Assembly: GCA_964016885.1 (NCBI GenBank)
Contig: OZ024748.1
Coordinates: 4,774,001 to 4,838,000, forward strand
Direction: 5' to 3'
From: Eledone cirrhosa
Taxonomy: Eukaryota
Length of the DNA stretch: 64,000 nt
Of this stretch, positions 1 to 15,101 are shown one piece after another; position 1 is the first letter of the stretch, and the number at the start of each line of letters is the position of its first letter. Both the position numbers and the translations under genes were made by a program. The notes under the pieces were generated by a model. The model was not told where the DNA came from. It made no database searches and saw only the letters and a program-made list of their open reading frames with translations.

Positions 1-35
<35 letters not shown>

Positions 36-86
36 TTGGAAATTGTTTTGCAAGATATCTAAACTGAAAACGTGTGTTGAATCAGA

Positions 87-423
87 TATTGTTATACTTT
101 GGTTTGGGAGGGTTATGCTGCCAACTAGTGAAAGTAGATAAATAAATAAATAAATAAAACACACACCCGGATGTAACGCATGCGCAAACTAACCACACAA
201 CACAACCACAAAAACAAAATGCTGTAGGACAGGGCAAAGGAAACACATAAAATAAAAGCTAGTCACTGAGGAGGTCACAGAATGTGTGATGAAAGAGCTT
301 TGACATTATATAAACAAATATGTAGTTATCGACCTAACCAACCAAGCGGAAATTTATAATAAATTGAAGTGAAAACTAACAGGTGCGTGTGTTTTTATTG
401 GCAGCATGACCCTCCCAAAGTAT

Positions 424-428
<5 letters not shown>
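87..428 (+). mobile_element. Truncated PLE 3' end (family N relative) with short inverted 5' arm
   Basis: Terminus CATGACCCTCCCAAAGTATAACAA-(TA)n matches the end of the 26.7-30.2 kb element. 87-124 is an inverted copy of ~397-428. Contains CGCATGCGCAAA and an HHR. Confidence 0.8.
262..304 (+). ncRNA. Minimal type I hammerhead ribozyme (family N)
   Basis: GTCA-CTGAGGA-G-GTCACA-gaatg-TGTGAT-GAAA-GAGC-TT-TGAC: perfect 4-bp stem I, 6-bp stem II, CUU site. Confidence 0.75.
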
Positions 429-489
<61 letters not shown>

Positions 490-599
490 GTATGTATACG
501 TACATACATATATGTATTCAGACGTACAGTAGTATGTATATATTTAAGTAACAGACGTACTAAGAGTGAGAAATAAAATTTCGTTTCATATTTCCCCTT

Positions 600-630
<31 letters not shown>

Positions 631-851
631 GCGTGTATGTGAGAGTACCTGTCTATTTGTATTATACATACACACACATTGATTTCAATTTTATATGCTT
701 GTAATCACCTTATTTCATATAAGTTTGTGTAAGTGCGGGAATGTGTGTGTGTCTGTGTGTACGTACTGGAGTAACTAAACTGTCTATATATATCTACGTA
801 CCTATGTGTATATATCTCCAGTCTTATTCTTTGTCAGTGTAAATGCAAAAC

Positions 852-896
<45 letters not shown>

Positions 897-953
897 GTTT
901 ATGTATGTATCATTCTCTTTCTCTAAATCTATCTCGCCCTTCCCTCTGACTCT

Positions 954-1015
<62 letters not shown>

Positions 1016-1075
1016 ATGGTGTAACCATTCGTCCTTGTTTTATTTTATTATATATATATATACATATATATAAAC

Positions 1076-1121
<46 letters not shown>

Positions 1122-1786
1122 ATATATATAGACACGTGCACATATATATATATATACATATATATACACACATATATATATATATACCCACTCTACTACC
1201 CTAAGTATTGAGTACTCTGGTGCGTTATGGTCCATCTGATTCCTTACCACAATTCCTTCGTTATATATATATTAAAATAACAGATTAAAGTTTAAGCAAA
1301 GAATCGCTGCTTTCACCGTTAATGGAATCTTCTGAAAACTGAGTACGTATATATATATATATATATACGTATATTTATATGTATATATACGTAATATATG
1401 TATATATATATACGTAATATATGTATATATATACGTACATATATGTATATATATACGTACATATATGTATATATATACGTACATATATGTATATATATAT
1501 ACGTACACCTATGCATATATATACGTACATAATGTACGTATATATATATACGTATATGTACGTATATATATACGTACATTATACGTATATATATATATAT
1601 ATATATATATATGAATGTACGTATAGTATATTTGATAATATACTGTATATTTATTTTAAAACAACTGAAAGACCATGCGCTTTGCAGTTTAAAGTAGTGA
1701 GTACGTCACGTACTAAGGCAAAGGGTAACAATCAACAGTTGTACTGTTTCTCACTTGCAAGCAGTTGTCAATTATGCATACATATT

Positions 1787-1870
<84 letters not shown>

Positions 1871-2023
1871 AATATATTTATATATATATTTAAAAATATT
1901 TAAATATATATTTAAATATATTTAAATATATATCTTTATATACATTTAAATGCATATAATATATTTTAATAAATTTAAATACATATGTGTATTTAAATAT
2001 ATATATATAAATATAAGTTAGCC

Positions 2024-2068
2024 CGGGCTTCCTGATGATTTCTCCCGAATGAAACATTTCTAGTCCTG
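2024..2068 (+). ncRNA. Hammerhead-like motif, family C
   Basis: CTGATGA-TTTCTCCCGAAT-GAAA-CATTTC-TAGTCCTG in an insert between TA-rich arrays; homologous to 2327-2371. Confidence 0.55.
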
Positions 2069-2162
2069 TAGAAGCCATTTATTAACATAGTTATGGCTTT
2101 ACGGAATGACCTGTTCTATGCAGTGGTCAACCAACAAACCTAAATGAATATATATATATATA

Positions 2163-2537
<375 letters not shown>

Positions 2538-2543
2538 ATATAT

Positions 2544-2902
2544 ACAAGATACAAGACTTAGTAGTTTAGCTGATGTGTGGTTCGTCTCATATATATATAT
2601 GTATGTATGTATATATATACAAGATACAAGACTTAGTAGTTTAGCTGATGTGTGGTTCGTCTCATATATATATATATATGTATGTATATATATATGTATG
2701 TATATATATATAAGATACAAGACTTAGCAGTTTAGCTGATGTGTGGTTCGTCTCATATATATATATGTATGTATATATATATAAGATACAAGACTTAGTA
2801 GTTTAGCTGATGTGTGGTTCGTCTCATATATATATATATATGTATGTATATATATATAAGATACAAGACTTAGCAGTTTAGCTGATGTGTGGTTCGTCTC
2901 AT
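2544..2902. repeat. Five copies of a ~44-bp unit (AAGATACAAGACTTAGYAGTTTAGCTGATGTGTGGTTCGTCTC) separated by variable TA/TATG microsatellite
   Basis: Direct reading. Copies 3 and 5 share TTAGCAG; copies 1, 2 and 4 share TTAGTAG. Confidence 0.9.
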
Positions 2903-3201
2903 ATATTAAAGGCCCTGCTACTTATCCTTTCTTATATTTTACTTTGAGGGATAGAGTTCATTCTTCACCGGTCTGGTCTGCCGTGGGCGATATGTTGACT
3001 AAACCTCTCTCTTCCGAGCCGTCTAACTCAAGCTCACAAAACAACAAAACAAAACACAATTACTTTTATACGTAATTTTATTTCATGTTTTGACATTTTA
3101 CCATTCGTTTTAAAGTGTCTTTCGTTGGGTGAAATGATTTATTGGACAATGTTTTTGTGTTTTGTTTCATTTGTTTTTACTTTGAGGAAAGATGAGTGTG
3201 G

Positions 3202-3257
<56 letters not shown>

Positions 3258-3414
3258 CCACACGCACACAATATATATATATATATATTGTGTGCATATA
3301 TATATGTTATGTACCTATGTGTGTCTGTATGCGTGCATATATATATACATATATTTACGTATATATACAAACATATATACATATATATGCATGCATATAC
3401 ACACGCACACACAC

Positions 3415-3454
<40 letters not shown>

Positions 3455-4246
3455 AATATATCCAAACATATATACATGTATATACATACATATGCACATA
3501 TATATACATATATATATATATATATACATACATATATATATATTTACATATTTATACATACATACACACACACACACAGAGACACACACACATATATATA
3601 TATATATAATGTGTCTATCTGTTTGTATATATATACATATGTATATACTACTATGCTTATTTACACTGATTTTGTAAAATAATCGATAATTACATCGTGT
3701 AATTCTTATTGATTTCTTAGAAGATTAATGTTACGATCAAATAATATACCAATATTGATTATTGCCTGTGGGTTATGTTGGGTGTGTAGAGGAAGGAGCG
3801 TTCCTTTATATTTATTATTTTCTCTTTCTATTTACTTTATTCAAAGGTGCAAAATTTTATCATTAGTATCGATTTCCTATAATTGAACAAGGACAGAAAT
3901 TTGTATGGAATTTGTTGAATCGATTAGATCAAATGAAATCACAGGATTTGGTAGGCATTTTATCGATCTGTATTGTCAGGAAACAAAAAACTAAGAAAAC
4001 AATCGAAGAGCCACCAATACGTTCTGTTTTCAGAATTCTGAAATTTTTAAATCAGAAATAAAATTATTCTTGCATCGTTGATTTTACAAGAAGTCATGGT
4101 TTGTCCTTCGTTTTGTGGCTCAGAAATTCATTTTACATTCATGTATTACCAAGTTCGATCAATTTACGTGGCACATATTGCTAGTGTCTCTGCTCTGAGT
4201 TCAAATACGGCCACAATCATTCAGTGTCTTTAGAGCTTTGTACATA

Positions 4247-4435
4247 ATTGTTTCTACTTTTGGCACAAGGTCAGCAATTACCCAGTGCATTACTGGTACT
4301 TTATTTTATCGACCCCGTAAGTCTGAAAGGCAAAGTTAACCTCGGCGGGATTTGAACTCAGAATGGCAAGGACCGTAACTCTATGCGTCAAAGCATGGCG
4401 TCCGACCCTCTACCGATACTGCCAATCCACCGCCA
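4247..4435 (-). mobile_element. Full-length tRNA-derived SINE (major family) with 16-bp TSD
   Basis: A box TGGCAGTATCGG, B box GAGTTCAAATCCC, central GCCTTTCA..GGGGTCGATAAAATAAAGTACC core (resembles Meta/MESC-type SINE domains), tail GTAGAAACAATT. TSD TAGAGCTTTGTACATA at 4231-4246 and 4436-4451. Confidence 0.9.
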
Positions 4436-5063
4436 TAGAGCTTTGTACATACTGCTCAGTTGTAGGTTTTGGTTTGTCCGGCACATTGTCTTTCCTCCAT
4501 CCGTAGTCGATAATAAAGGACTAGCCATATACGGATGACTAGTCTTCAACTATGTCTCTTTCTCTCTACTTCTCTTTGTTCAGACCTGGACAGTGATGTG
4601 ATCAACCAAGGTCGAAAAATCCAACACATGCCAACCCAACTAAGCCAATTAGAACTACACGACCATATTCTCCACAACATTGCACTCTGGTTTCAACTTC
4701 CACCACGGTCAAATATCACTTTCATCCTTTTGATTTCAATAATATAAATTAACAATACAATGAGGTGAGTTACTGGAAATTGTCAGAGTCGAACTTGCGT
4801 CTAAATGTTTAGGTAGTTGACATAATTCCTCACCAGGTTTAACACTACCATTTGGTCTGTGAATGCTCTTACCAAAGTTGTCTTTGATAGGGTTATTTAG
4901 GACAGGTCCCAGGGGCCCTGAGAAAAAAACAGAGGTTTATGGGCGGTGCACGTCTCAGCCTGAATAAAACCTTTAAATAAAATGTTTTATAAAAGATGTT
5001 TGGACAATACCTATTTCTACAACGACCACCACTGATCTAACATTTCTTACATGTGATCATTAT

Positions 5064-5143
5064 TCCTTACGGGGTCGATAAAATAAAGTACCAGTAATGT
5101 GCTGGGTAATTGCTGGCCTTGTGCCTAAAGTAGAAACAATTAT
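5064..5143 (+). mobile_element. SINE 3' fragment (major family)
   Basis: CCTTACGGGGTCGATAAAATAAAGTACCAG...GTAGAAACAATTATT. Confidence 0.85.
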
Positions 5144-5532
5144 TGATCTATTGGTAAGTAGTAGGTGAATTGGAAATGTAGCGCAAATTTTGCGATATAT
5201 TTTCCGTCTCGAATCCACCTGAGTAAGGTAAGTTTTCGTTTAATAATTTCCGGGTCGATCAAGAAGATCCCAACAACGTGCTGCAGCCCTCAACCCTTCT
5301 TTTTGGCTGTCGCATCGTTGATGGTCCGCTAAAAAGGAGAAAGATGGGATGGTTAAGAGAATGTTTATTTATATATGTTGTTTATTTATATGTGTGGGTG
5401 TGTATTTATACATTTCTGTGTGTAAATTAAATTATCAACGTATTTATATATATATATATATATTACAAATTTAAGAGCGAATGACATATAGAAATATATC
5501 AAAGATTATGCAGGAGATAACTTAAAAACAAA

Positions 5533-5650
<118 letters not shown>

Positions 5651-6017
5651 ATTTGTGCGCAGACACACACACATATATATGTTTAATGTTAAACAGATTT
5701 CCATTTATGTTCAGAGATTTTTTTTTTTCGTACATTATTGCTGCCATAGAAATATAATTACTAAGTGATTTAGCGATGTTCATTCATTTCCCAATATATA
5801 GGAGAGACAGAGGGAGTGGCAGAAGTCACCAGTAGTTAATGTAAATATAAAGGGTGTTTTATTTACAGTTAACTGCCAACTTTGCTACAAACATCAAAAG
5901 GAAAAAATAATATTTATGTATTTGACGTTCAATGGAACGTAGCCATAAAGTTTTATACACACACACACACTGACACACATACAGATATATAAATACACAC
6001 ATACATATATATATATG

Positions 6018-6058
<41 letters not shown>

Positions 6059-6287
6059 CACTCATGCATACATATATGTATATATATATATATATCCACG
6101 TATATGTTTTATATATTCGTATACATATATATATATATATATGTTTTACACACACACACACATATGTATGAGTGCCATATATCTAAAGATATATAGATTT
6201 AATAAATAAACAAGTCCATGTATGAATATTGAAAGGCTGATGGTCAGCGCCCTTTAGCGGATTTAGGCTGAAGTAGATATACGAAAT

Positions 6288-6422
<135 letters not shown>

Positions 6423-6770
6423 ATATAGAAATGGCTTCTACAGGACTAGAACTGTTTCATTCAGGAGAAGTGAAACAGTTCTAGTTCTATAGAAGCAATT
6501 TCTATATTAAATATATATATATATATATATGTCACAGGATTCATACTGAACCGGTCATTGAAATGTTCATAGTGTAATAAACCCTTAAGGAATTACACCA
6601 GTCCAGCCTCCTGTTATTTTATAATTATATATATATAATGTTCAGAAAAGATTGTTTTAGTAAAAAGAGGAGCAAGCAGGAGAAAGCTCTCAACAATTGT
6701 AGTTTTTAGTTACGATGGAGAATGTTATAACATGATTAAACGATATATGTAACCACAGCATCTTATTTTG

Positions 6771-6832
<62 letters not shown>

Positions 6833-7178
6833 TATATACACGTAGTACACACTGCAATAAGGTATGCTTATCACATTTAAGGTAGCATGATATAAATCAA
6901 TGTAAATATGACCTGAACAAAGAATCCATACATGAAATTTGCAAAGAAAATTGTACGAGATCCCGCAGCGTAAAGGAACATTCTAGAATCTACAGAGATA
7001 TGGATGATTCTGGAGAGAACACTTTGCCATCCATATTCTCTAATGCCGGAAACAAAATTTGCCAAAAAGTTTTTCGTCCCTCTCTGTACTGGAGAAAAAC
7101 TTAAGGACTTACAGAAGTAATATTTCTACTTGATGAAATAAAAGATTTGGACAATCAAGAATCACGGTTGTTCACCGA

Positions 7179-7321
<143 letters not shown>

Positions 7322-7491
7322 TGTGTATATATATGTATATATATATATATGTGTATATATATGTATATATATATATGTATATATATATATGTATGTATAT
7401 ATATATGTATGTAAATATGTATGTACATATATATATATAAATATATATATATATATGTATATATATGTATATATATATATGTATATATATG

Positions 7492-7529
<38 letters not shown>

Positions 7530-7699
7530 TGTATATATAGTTATATATTGCATATATATATATATGAATATATACTGCTATATATATATGAATATATATA
7601 TATATACATATATATATGTATATATATGTATAGATATATATATATATATGTGTGTGTATGTATATATATATATATATGTATGTAAATATGTATGTACTT

Positions 7700-7786
<87 letters not shown>

Positions 7787-7913
7787 TATATACTACTATA
7801 TATATATACATATATATGAATATATATATAATATATATATATATTACTATGTTTAGATGCAATTCGAGAAGCAGATGCTACCAAAAATAATATAAAAATG
7901 CTACTGCTACATA

Positions 7914-7988
<75 letters not shown>

Positions 7989-9101
7989 CCTATGCCATAT
8001 CGAAAGACTGGCCAGTCGCCAGATTGGGATGATGTCACTCAGGAATAACCCATCAACTCATGACCTCCCCAAAGACTTCATGTATCATTCCTCCCGCCTC
8101 TAAACGACCCCTATCTCTATTTAAGCAAAGTCTATCCTACTACTGTGGCTTCTTACTTACAAAGATGGGAGTCTCGTGCCGCGGCCACTGTGCCACACAC
8201 GGCCCATTCTTCTGTTCTTATTTTATCATCAATACTGAGTCCCTACTTGCACCATGAAACTTTACCCCGAGCTGTTCCTCCGCATGACTCACCACTTTGC
8301 TAGAAGACCAAACTCCCCGAAATATTTATAGAAAACCAACGACGCTGCAGCCCACATATTTATACATGTTAGTTCTCTTGTAGCTATTCACTTTGGTCAA
8401 ACTGTGCCAGCGGAACATTAACGACGTCAATCTCACACGGTCCCCAGATCCTGACAGACTGCGCATCAGAGACATACACAGACACAAGCACAAACACACA
8501 CACACTCTATCCTGAGAACCTATATAACCATTATATATCAGATAGGGTGTGGTAAAACTAGGTAGACCATAACCCACCAGTTAGGATCTAGATGTCGAAC
8601 GGCCAGATCTGAGCCGAAAGGGTCCTGAAACTTTTCATATAACCATTATATATACATTCTGTTTCATTTAGATTTAGGGGCTAACATTGGTTCGGTGGCG
8701 GAGGTGTCGGGCGTTGGACAGAGTTTTAGTATATTCCTTCCTGCGCTTTACCTTCTGTATTCAAATATTCTTTTTATTTACAGAGATCTATGAAATAAAA
8801 TACCAGTAAAGTACTGCGGTTGATATGATGGAATATTCCCTTCCAACGAATTACTGGCCTTGTGCCCCATTCAAAAAGCATTAAGGGACGTCCCCAACAA
8901 AGACTAACATCTGTTTAAACAAACGATTTTAAATATGTATACGAAAAAATTATATATATATAAATGTATATATATATATGTTATAATATATGAATATATA
9001 TATATATGTTATAATATATGAATATATATATATGCATATTTATATATACATGTTACAATGTGTATATATATGTGTTATATACACATATATACATGTTATA
9101 A

Positions 9102-9145
<44 letters not shown>

Positions 9146-9181
9146 GTTAATTGTACAATATATATGTATGTACATGTTCAT

Positions 9182-9247
<66 letters not shown>

Positions 9248-9249
<2 letters not shown>

Positions 9250-9420
9250 GATATTAAACAAATGGAAACTATATTTATAAAACCATATTTATTTCACTAT
9301 ACATATTTCAGGGATACCATATTAAAAATATGGCATGCCTTCTTCAGATAAAATACAATATATAAGCAGTTTTATAAATAAATTTGACGTATTTGACGTA
9401 TTGATCAACTTCCATTTAAA
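9248..9420 (-). mobile_element. PLE terminus (family D) in (TA)n with intact hammerhead at 9290-9355
   Basis: Minus strand reads TATTTTAT-CTGAAGA-AGGCATGCCATA-tttttaa-TATGGTATCCCT-GAAA-TATGTA-TA-GTGAAATA. Tail AAATATGGTTTTATAAATATAGTTTCCATTT recurs at ~21077-21130, 21520-21570 and 48485-48540. Confidence 0.75.
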
Positions 9421-9935
9421 AAAGTTGGTTTGGTATATATATATATATATAAATATATATATATAAATATAGGTATATATATTTGTTTATATATTTATAT
9501 ATGATTGAGGGAGATAGAATGATGGATGCACGTATATAAATGTGTATGGTGTACGTGTGTGTGTAACGTATCGTAATGTCCAGAGAATGGATATACACAT
9601 ATATATAAATATATATATAAATGTATATATATATATATACATATAATTAATATATATAGATTTATATATAGATATATATATATAAATGTATATACATATA
9701 CATATAATTAATATATAAATGTATATACATATAAATATAATTAATGTATATATATGTAATTAATATATATATGTATAAATGTATATAAATATATATATAA
9801 ATAATATATATATAATGAAGGAAGTGTGGTAAGGAACCAGATGGACCATAACGCACCAGGGTACTCAATACTAATTTCTTAATTAATATATATATATTTA
9901 TATATAAATGTATATATATATATATAAATATATAT

Positions 9936-10019
<84 letters not shown>

Positions 10020-10339
10020 ATATATATATAAAATTAACATATATATATATATTTGTATATAAATGTATATCCATATATATATATAATTAATATATATATA
10101 TATTTATAAATAAATGTATATATATATATATTTATAAATAAATATATATATATATTTATAAATAAATGTATATATATATATATTTATAAATAAATATATA
10201 TATATATTTATAAATAAATGTATATATATATATATGTATATAGTTAATATATATATTTATATATAAATGTATATACAAATGTATGCATATAATCAATATA
10301 TATATGTGTATATACATGTGTATATACTTAATATATATA

Positions 10340-10409
<70 letters not shown>

Positions 10410-10633
10410 CATATATGCACACACACATATATACATATATACATATATACATATGTTTTTATGTGTATTAGTATTATTAGTCTAGTAACTATATAATTGC
10501 CAGCAGAGAATGGCATCAAATATATGTTATTTTTCCCATGTAATATTTACTGTAAAATTACTTGATAACATAACATAACTTTCTGTATACATTTACTAAC
10601 TTATTGGTTTAATGTTTACTCTATCCAACTCGC

Positions 10634-10674
<41 letters not shown>

Positions 10675-10843
10675 TTAAAATTTTAGAGAAAACAAATTTT
10701 TGAAGAAATATATATATATTTATATCATATGCATACAAACATGCATATATATACACACGCACTTATATTATAGTCAATATGAAGTATATATATATATATG
10801 TGCGTGTTTAAATGTTAATATAAATACACACACATGTATATAT

Positions 10844-10917
<74 letters not shown>

Positions 10918-11183
10918 AAGTGTATATATATATATAAATATATGTAAGTATATATATCTATATATTTATATAAGTAAGTATATATCTATATATATTTATA
11001 TAAGTAAGTATATATCTATATATACTTATATATGTAAGTATATATCCAAATATATATTTATACATGTAAGTATATATCTATATATATTTATATATGTAAG
11101 TATATATATATATGTGTGTGTGTGCGTAAGTATATATATATTAATTATATATGTAAGTGGATATATATCCATTTATATATAAG

Positions 11184-11308
<125 letters not shown>

Positions 11309-11465
11309 ACACTCACCAAGGTGTATTAAACAGAATCTTTATTTTGAAGCAGAAAGACGTAAAAATTATAAATTCATAAATTATATAGAAAAGAATAAAT
11401 CGTTATATTGACAAATGTATTATATGTGTTACCGCCTGATTAGACTAATGTCGTTGGTTTGAGAA

Positions 11466-11502
<37 letters not shown>

Positions 11503-11687
11503 TAACAGATTAAAGTTTAAGCAAAGAATCGCTGCTTTCACCCTCTTTGGATTTTACTCTTCAAATTTATTATTATTATTACTGCACTGGGTAATTGCTG
11601 GCCTTGTGCCTAAAGTAGAAACAATTATTACTATATATATATATATATATATAGATATAGACATAGAATAATTCTGTTTGATACAGC

Positions 11688-11731
<44 letters not shown>

Positions 11732-11811
11732 ATGAATCTATTTATATATATATGTGTGTGTGTTTGTACATGTATATTTGTACATGTATATTTACATTCA
11801 TACATACATTC

Positions 11812-11842
<31 letters not shown>

Positions 11843-12956
11843 CGTGTATATACATATTTTTTTAATTAATTTGTAGTAGCACTAAGACAGCGTTTAAGCA
11901 AAATAGAGGTGTATATGAAAACATATATGTAGGTACGGTTTATATAAAATAAAAATATGGATAGCCTCGCTGCAGAAGAAAATTAAATTTTTGTAAATAA
12001 AAAAAAATATATATCTTTCACTATTTTCCTGTTTGAATATATCACAGAGTTACCAGAGAATTCTGAGAATGTCATACAGCGCTGTTTCAAGATTAGTTTA
12101 TCTTCCATCAGTATCACTCACACAAAACTTATTGGCATGAATTAGCTAATATAGTTTTTGGCGTGATGATCATTTACTGGTGCTGCTTGTTTTCATATTG
12201 CTATACTCTTAGCCAGGATTTTGAGGCCATGCTGGTGCACAGCAATAAGAATATATAATATATAAATACAAATAATGGTAATTTCTATCATTTAACGTGG
12301 GGTGGCCATTAATGTGTGTGTTTGCTTGCTTTGAATGTGGGTGTGTTTTTTTCTGAGTGAAGGTTATATGTGTGAGTGTTTGTTCGTTTATGTGTATGCA
12401 TACATGTGTGTTTATATGTGTATATATGTGTGTCTATATTTGTGTGTATGTGTATATTTTATTACTGACGGCTAAGGCCATCCAAGAGGACCGCCTTCAG
12501 GTTTAAATATTCTATCTATTGTGTGCTCCCATTGTGAGAGACCAGGGTGGACAATATTTCCTTGGTCTGATGCATATTTCAATGTATATACACACACGCT
12601 CACACACATCTATATATATATATGTCAATATATATGTATATATGTGTATGTTAGCAAGCATGTCTCTATATAAGTGTGTATGTATATGTGTGTGTGCATG
12701 TAGGTATATATGTATTTACGAATCTATGCATCTGTATGCATGCATGTATGTATCTGTGCATGTATGGAACTGTGTGTGTATATATATATGTTTGTGTGTA
12801 TATATGTGTGTATATTATTCCCTCAACGCCGGTCGTGCAAGCCAGCATGTGTTCCTGGCTATTATTTTCTCTAGGCAAGACTGCCGTGTGTATAATCAAT
12901 GTATTTTATTACAAACACACACACATATATATATGTAAATATATATATATACACGC

Positions 12957-13032
<76 letters not shown>

Positions 13033-13087
13033 CACACACATATACACACACATATATATATACATAAATATATATATATATACACGC

Positions 13088-13123
<36 letters not shown>

Positions 13124-13201
13124 TATATATATGTATGTATATATATGCAAACACATACATATGTATGTATATATAAATATACAAACACATATATATATAC
13201 A

Positions 13202-13247
<46 letters not shown>

Positions 13248-13285
13248 AGTTTATATATATATATATATATATGCAACCACACATA

Positions 13286-13372
<87 letters not shown>

Positions 13373-13930
13373 GTGTGTGTGTGTGTGTGCAAACACCCGT
13401 CCAGTATAGTGACAATAAAAAATAGAGTTTAATTAAAATTAAACAAATGCAATAAAATAAAACAAAAAAATAATAATAAAGAATACGTTTAATGTAGCAT
13501 GAGGTTGTGTTAACTGCAAATGCAATGACGCATGCGCCACTACACAACACACAACCTCACACACACATACACACATAACCTATATTACACACACACACAT
13601 ACATGCATACACTCTTTCTCACAAACACGCACACACACACAATCATATGCACAATCATATGCACAATCATATGCACATATGCACACACACACACACACAT
13701 ATTTTTTAAGAGTTGGAAGGGAATTCGAAGTTGCATTGGCTACTGCTGATTACAGTCAAGAGTGGACTTTTATACTTCGAAGTCACAGTCATCTATTCCA
13801 TTGGAGAATATATTTTGCACTCTGTTCACACAAATTCAATCATCTTTCCCTCTCTCTAGTTCTCTGTTATTCCCTCTAATAAATAAAATATTATACACAT
13901 ATATATATATGTGTATAATATTATATATAT

Positions 13931-14045
13931 AGAGTTCAAATCCCGCCGAGGTTAACTTTGCCTTTCATCCTTACGGGGTCGATAAAATAAAGTACTAGTA
14001 ATACACTGGGTATTTGCTGGCCTTGTGCCAAAAGTAGAATCAAAT
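13931..14045 (+). mobile_element. 5'-truncated SINE (major family)
   Basis: B box through tail match the consensus. Confidence 0.85.
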
Positions 14046-14245
14046 ATTATATATATATATAATTATATATATATAATTATATATATATAATTATATATAT
14101 ATAATTATATATATATATAATTATATATATATAAATATATATAAATATATATATAATTATATATATATATATATTTATATATATATAATTATATATATAT
14201 AAATATATATAATTATATATATATAAATATATATAAATATATATA

Positions 14246-14286
<41 letters not shown>

Positions 14287-14598
14287 TATAATTATAGTAT
14301 TATCCTTATAGTATAAACATATATATATATATTTTTACACGCACACACACCCATATATACACACACACACATGCACACACACACATATATATACACACAC
14401 ACACACATATATATACACATACACACACACATATATATATATTCGAATGTCCAGGAGTGTGCGTGTGTGCTTGTATGTCCATGGCAACAGCCATAATCAT
14501 ACATTGTGTCTGTGTGACCGTCTTGTCCAGAAGATATAACCATACAGAAGTGTGAGTGTCTCTGTGCGTGTGACGGTACCGTTGGTTTTAATCCAGAT

Positions 14599-14633
<35 letters not shown>

Positions 14634-14663
14634 CTCAGAGTATATATATACATACTTCGTCCC

Positions 14664-14713
<50 letters not shown>

Positions 14714-14734
14714 GGCTCTCAGACTATTTATATA

Positions 14735-15030
14735 TAACGAAGGAAATGTGGTAAGGAACCAGATGGACCATAACGCACCAAAGTACTCAATACTTAGGGT
14801 AGTAGAGTGGGTAATAAGAACAAGTATGACCCCGACGGCAGAGCTCAAGACGTTTCGATGGCTACTTCTGGACGCATGGTGCGGGTGAACAAATTTGAGC
14901 TTGGCGGAAAAGTCTGGATAACGCGTGGTAGGGTCGGAAGGTGCTCTACTACGGAGGTAGGAGCTAGATAACGTCCAGAATTAGCCGTCGAAACGGCTTG
15001 AGCTCTGCCGTCGGGGTCATACTTGTTCCT
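14735..15030. mobile_element. Fold-back (TA)n-targeting element (family H, probable PLE terminus)
   Basis: Inverted arms ~14818-14874 / 14972-15029. Pieces recur at 1186-1263, 9815-9872, 20039-20159, 22976-23040, 23677-23810 and 43177-43265, always abutting (TA)n. Contains an HHR-like 3' half GTCGAAACG(T/G)C. Confidence 0.7.
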
Positions 15031-15032
15031 AT

Positions 15033-15101
<69 letters not shown>

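Noticed and set aside
2544-2902. CRISPR-like repeat/spacer pattern
   Set aside because: The spacers are simple TA repeats, not unique sequence; the context is eukaryotic and there are no cas genes.
4247-4435. A/B boxes as a tRNA gene
   Set aside because: There is no cloverleaf, and the boxes are followed by a SINE core and tail with TSDs. All such boxes in the window are SINE heads.
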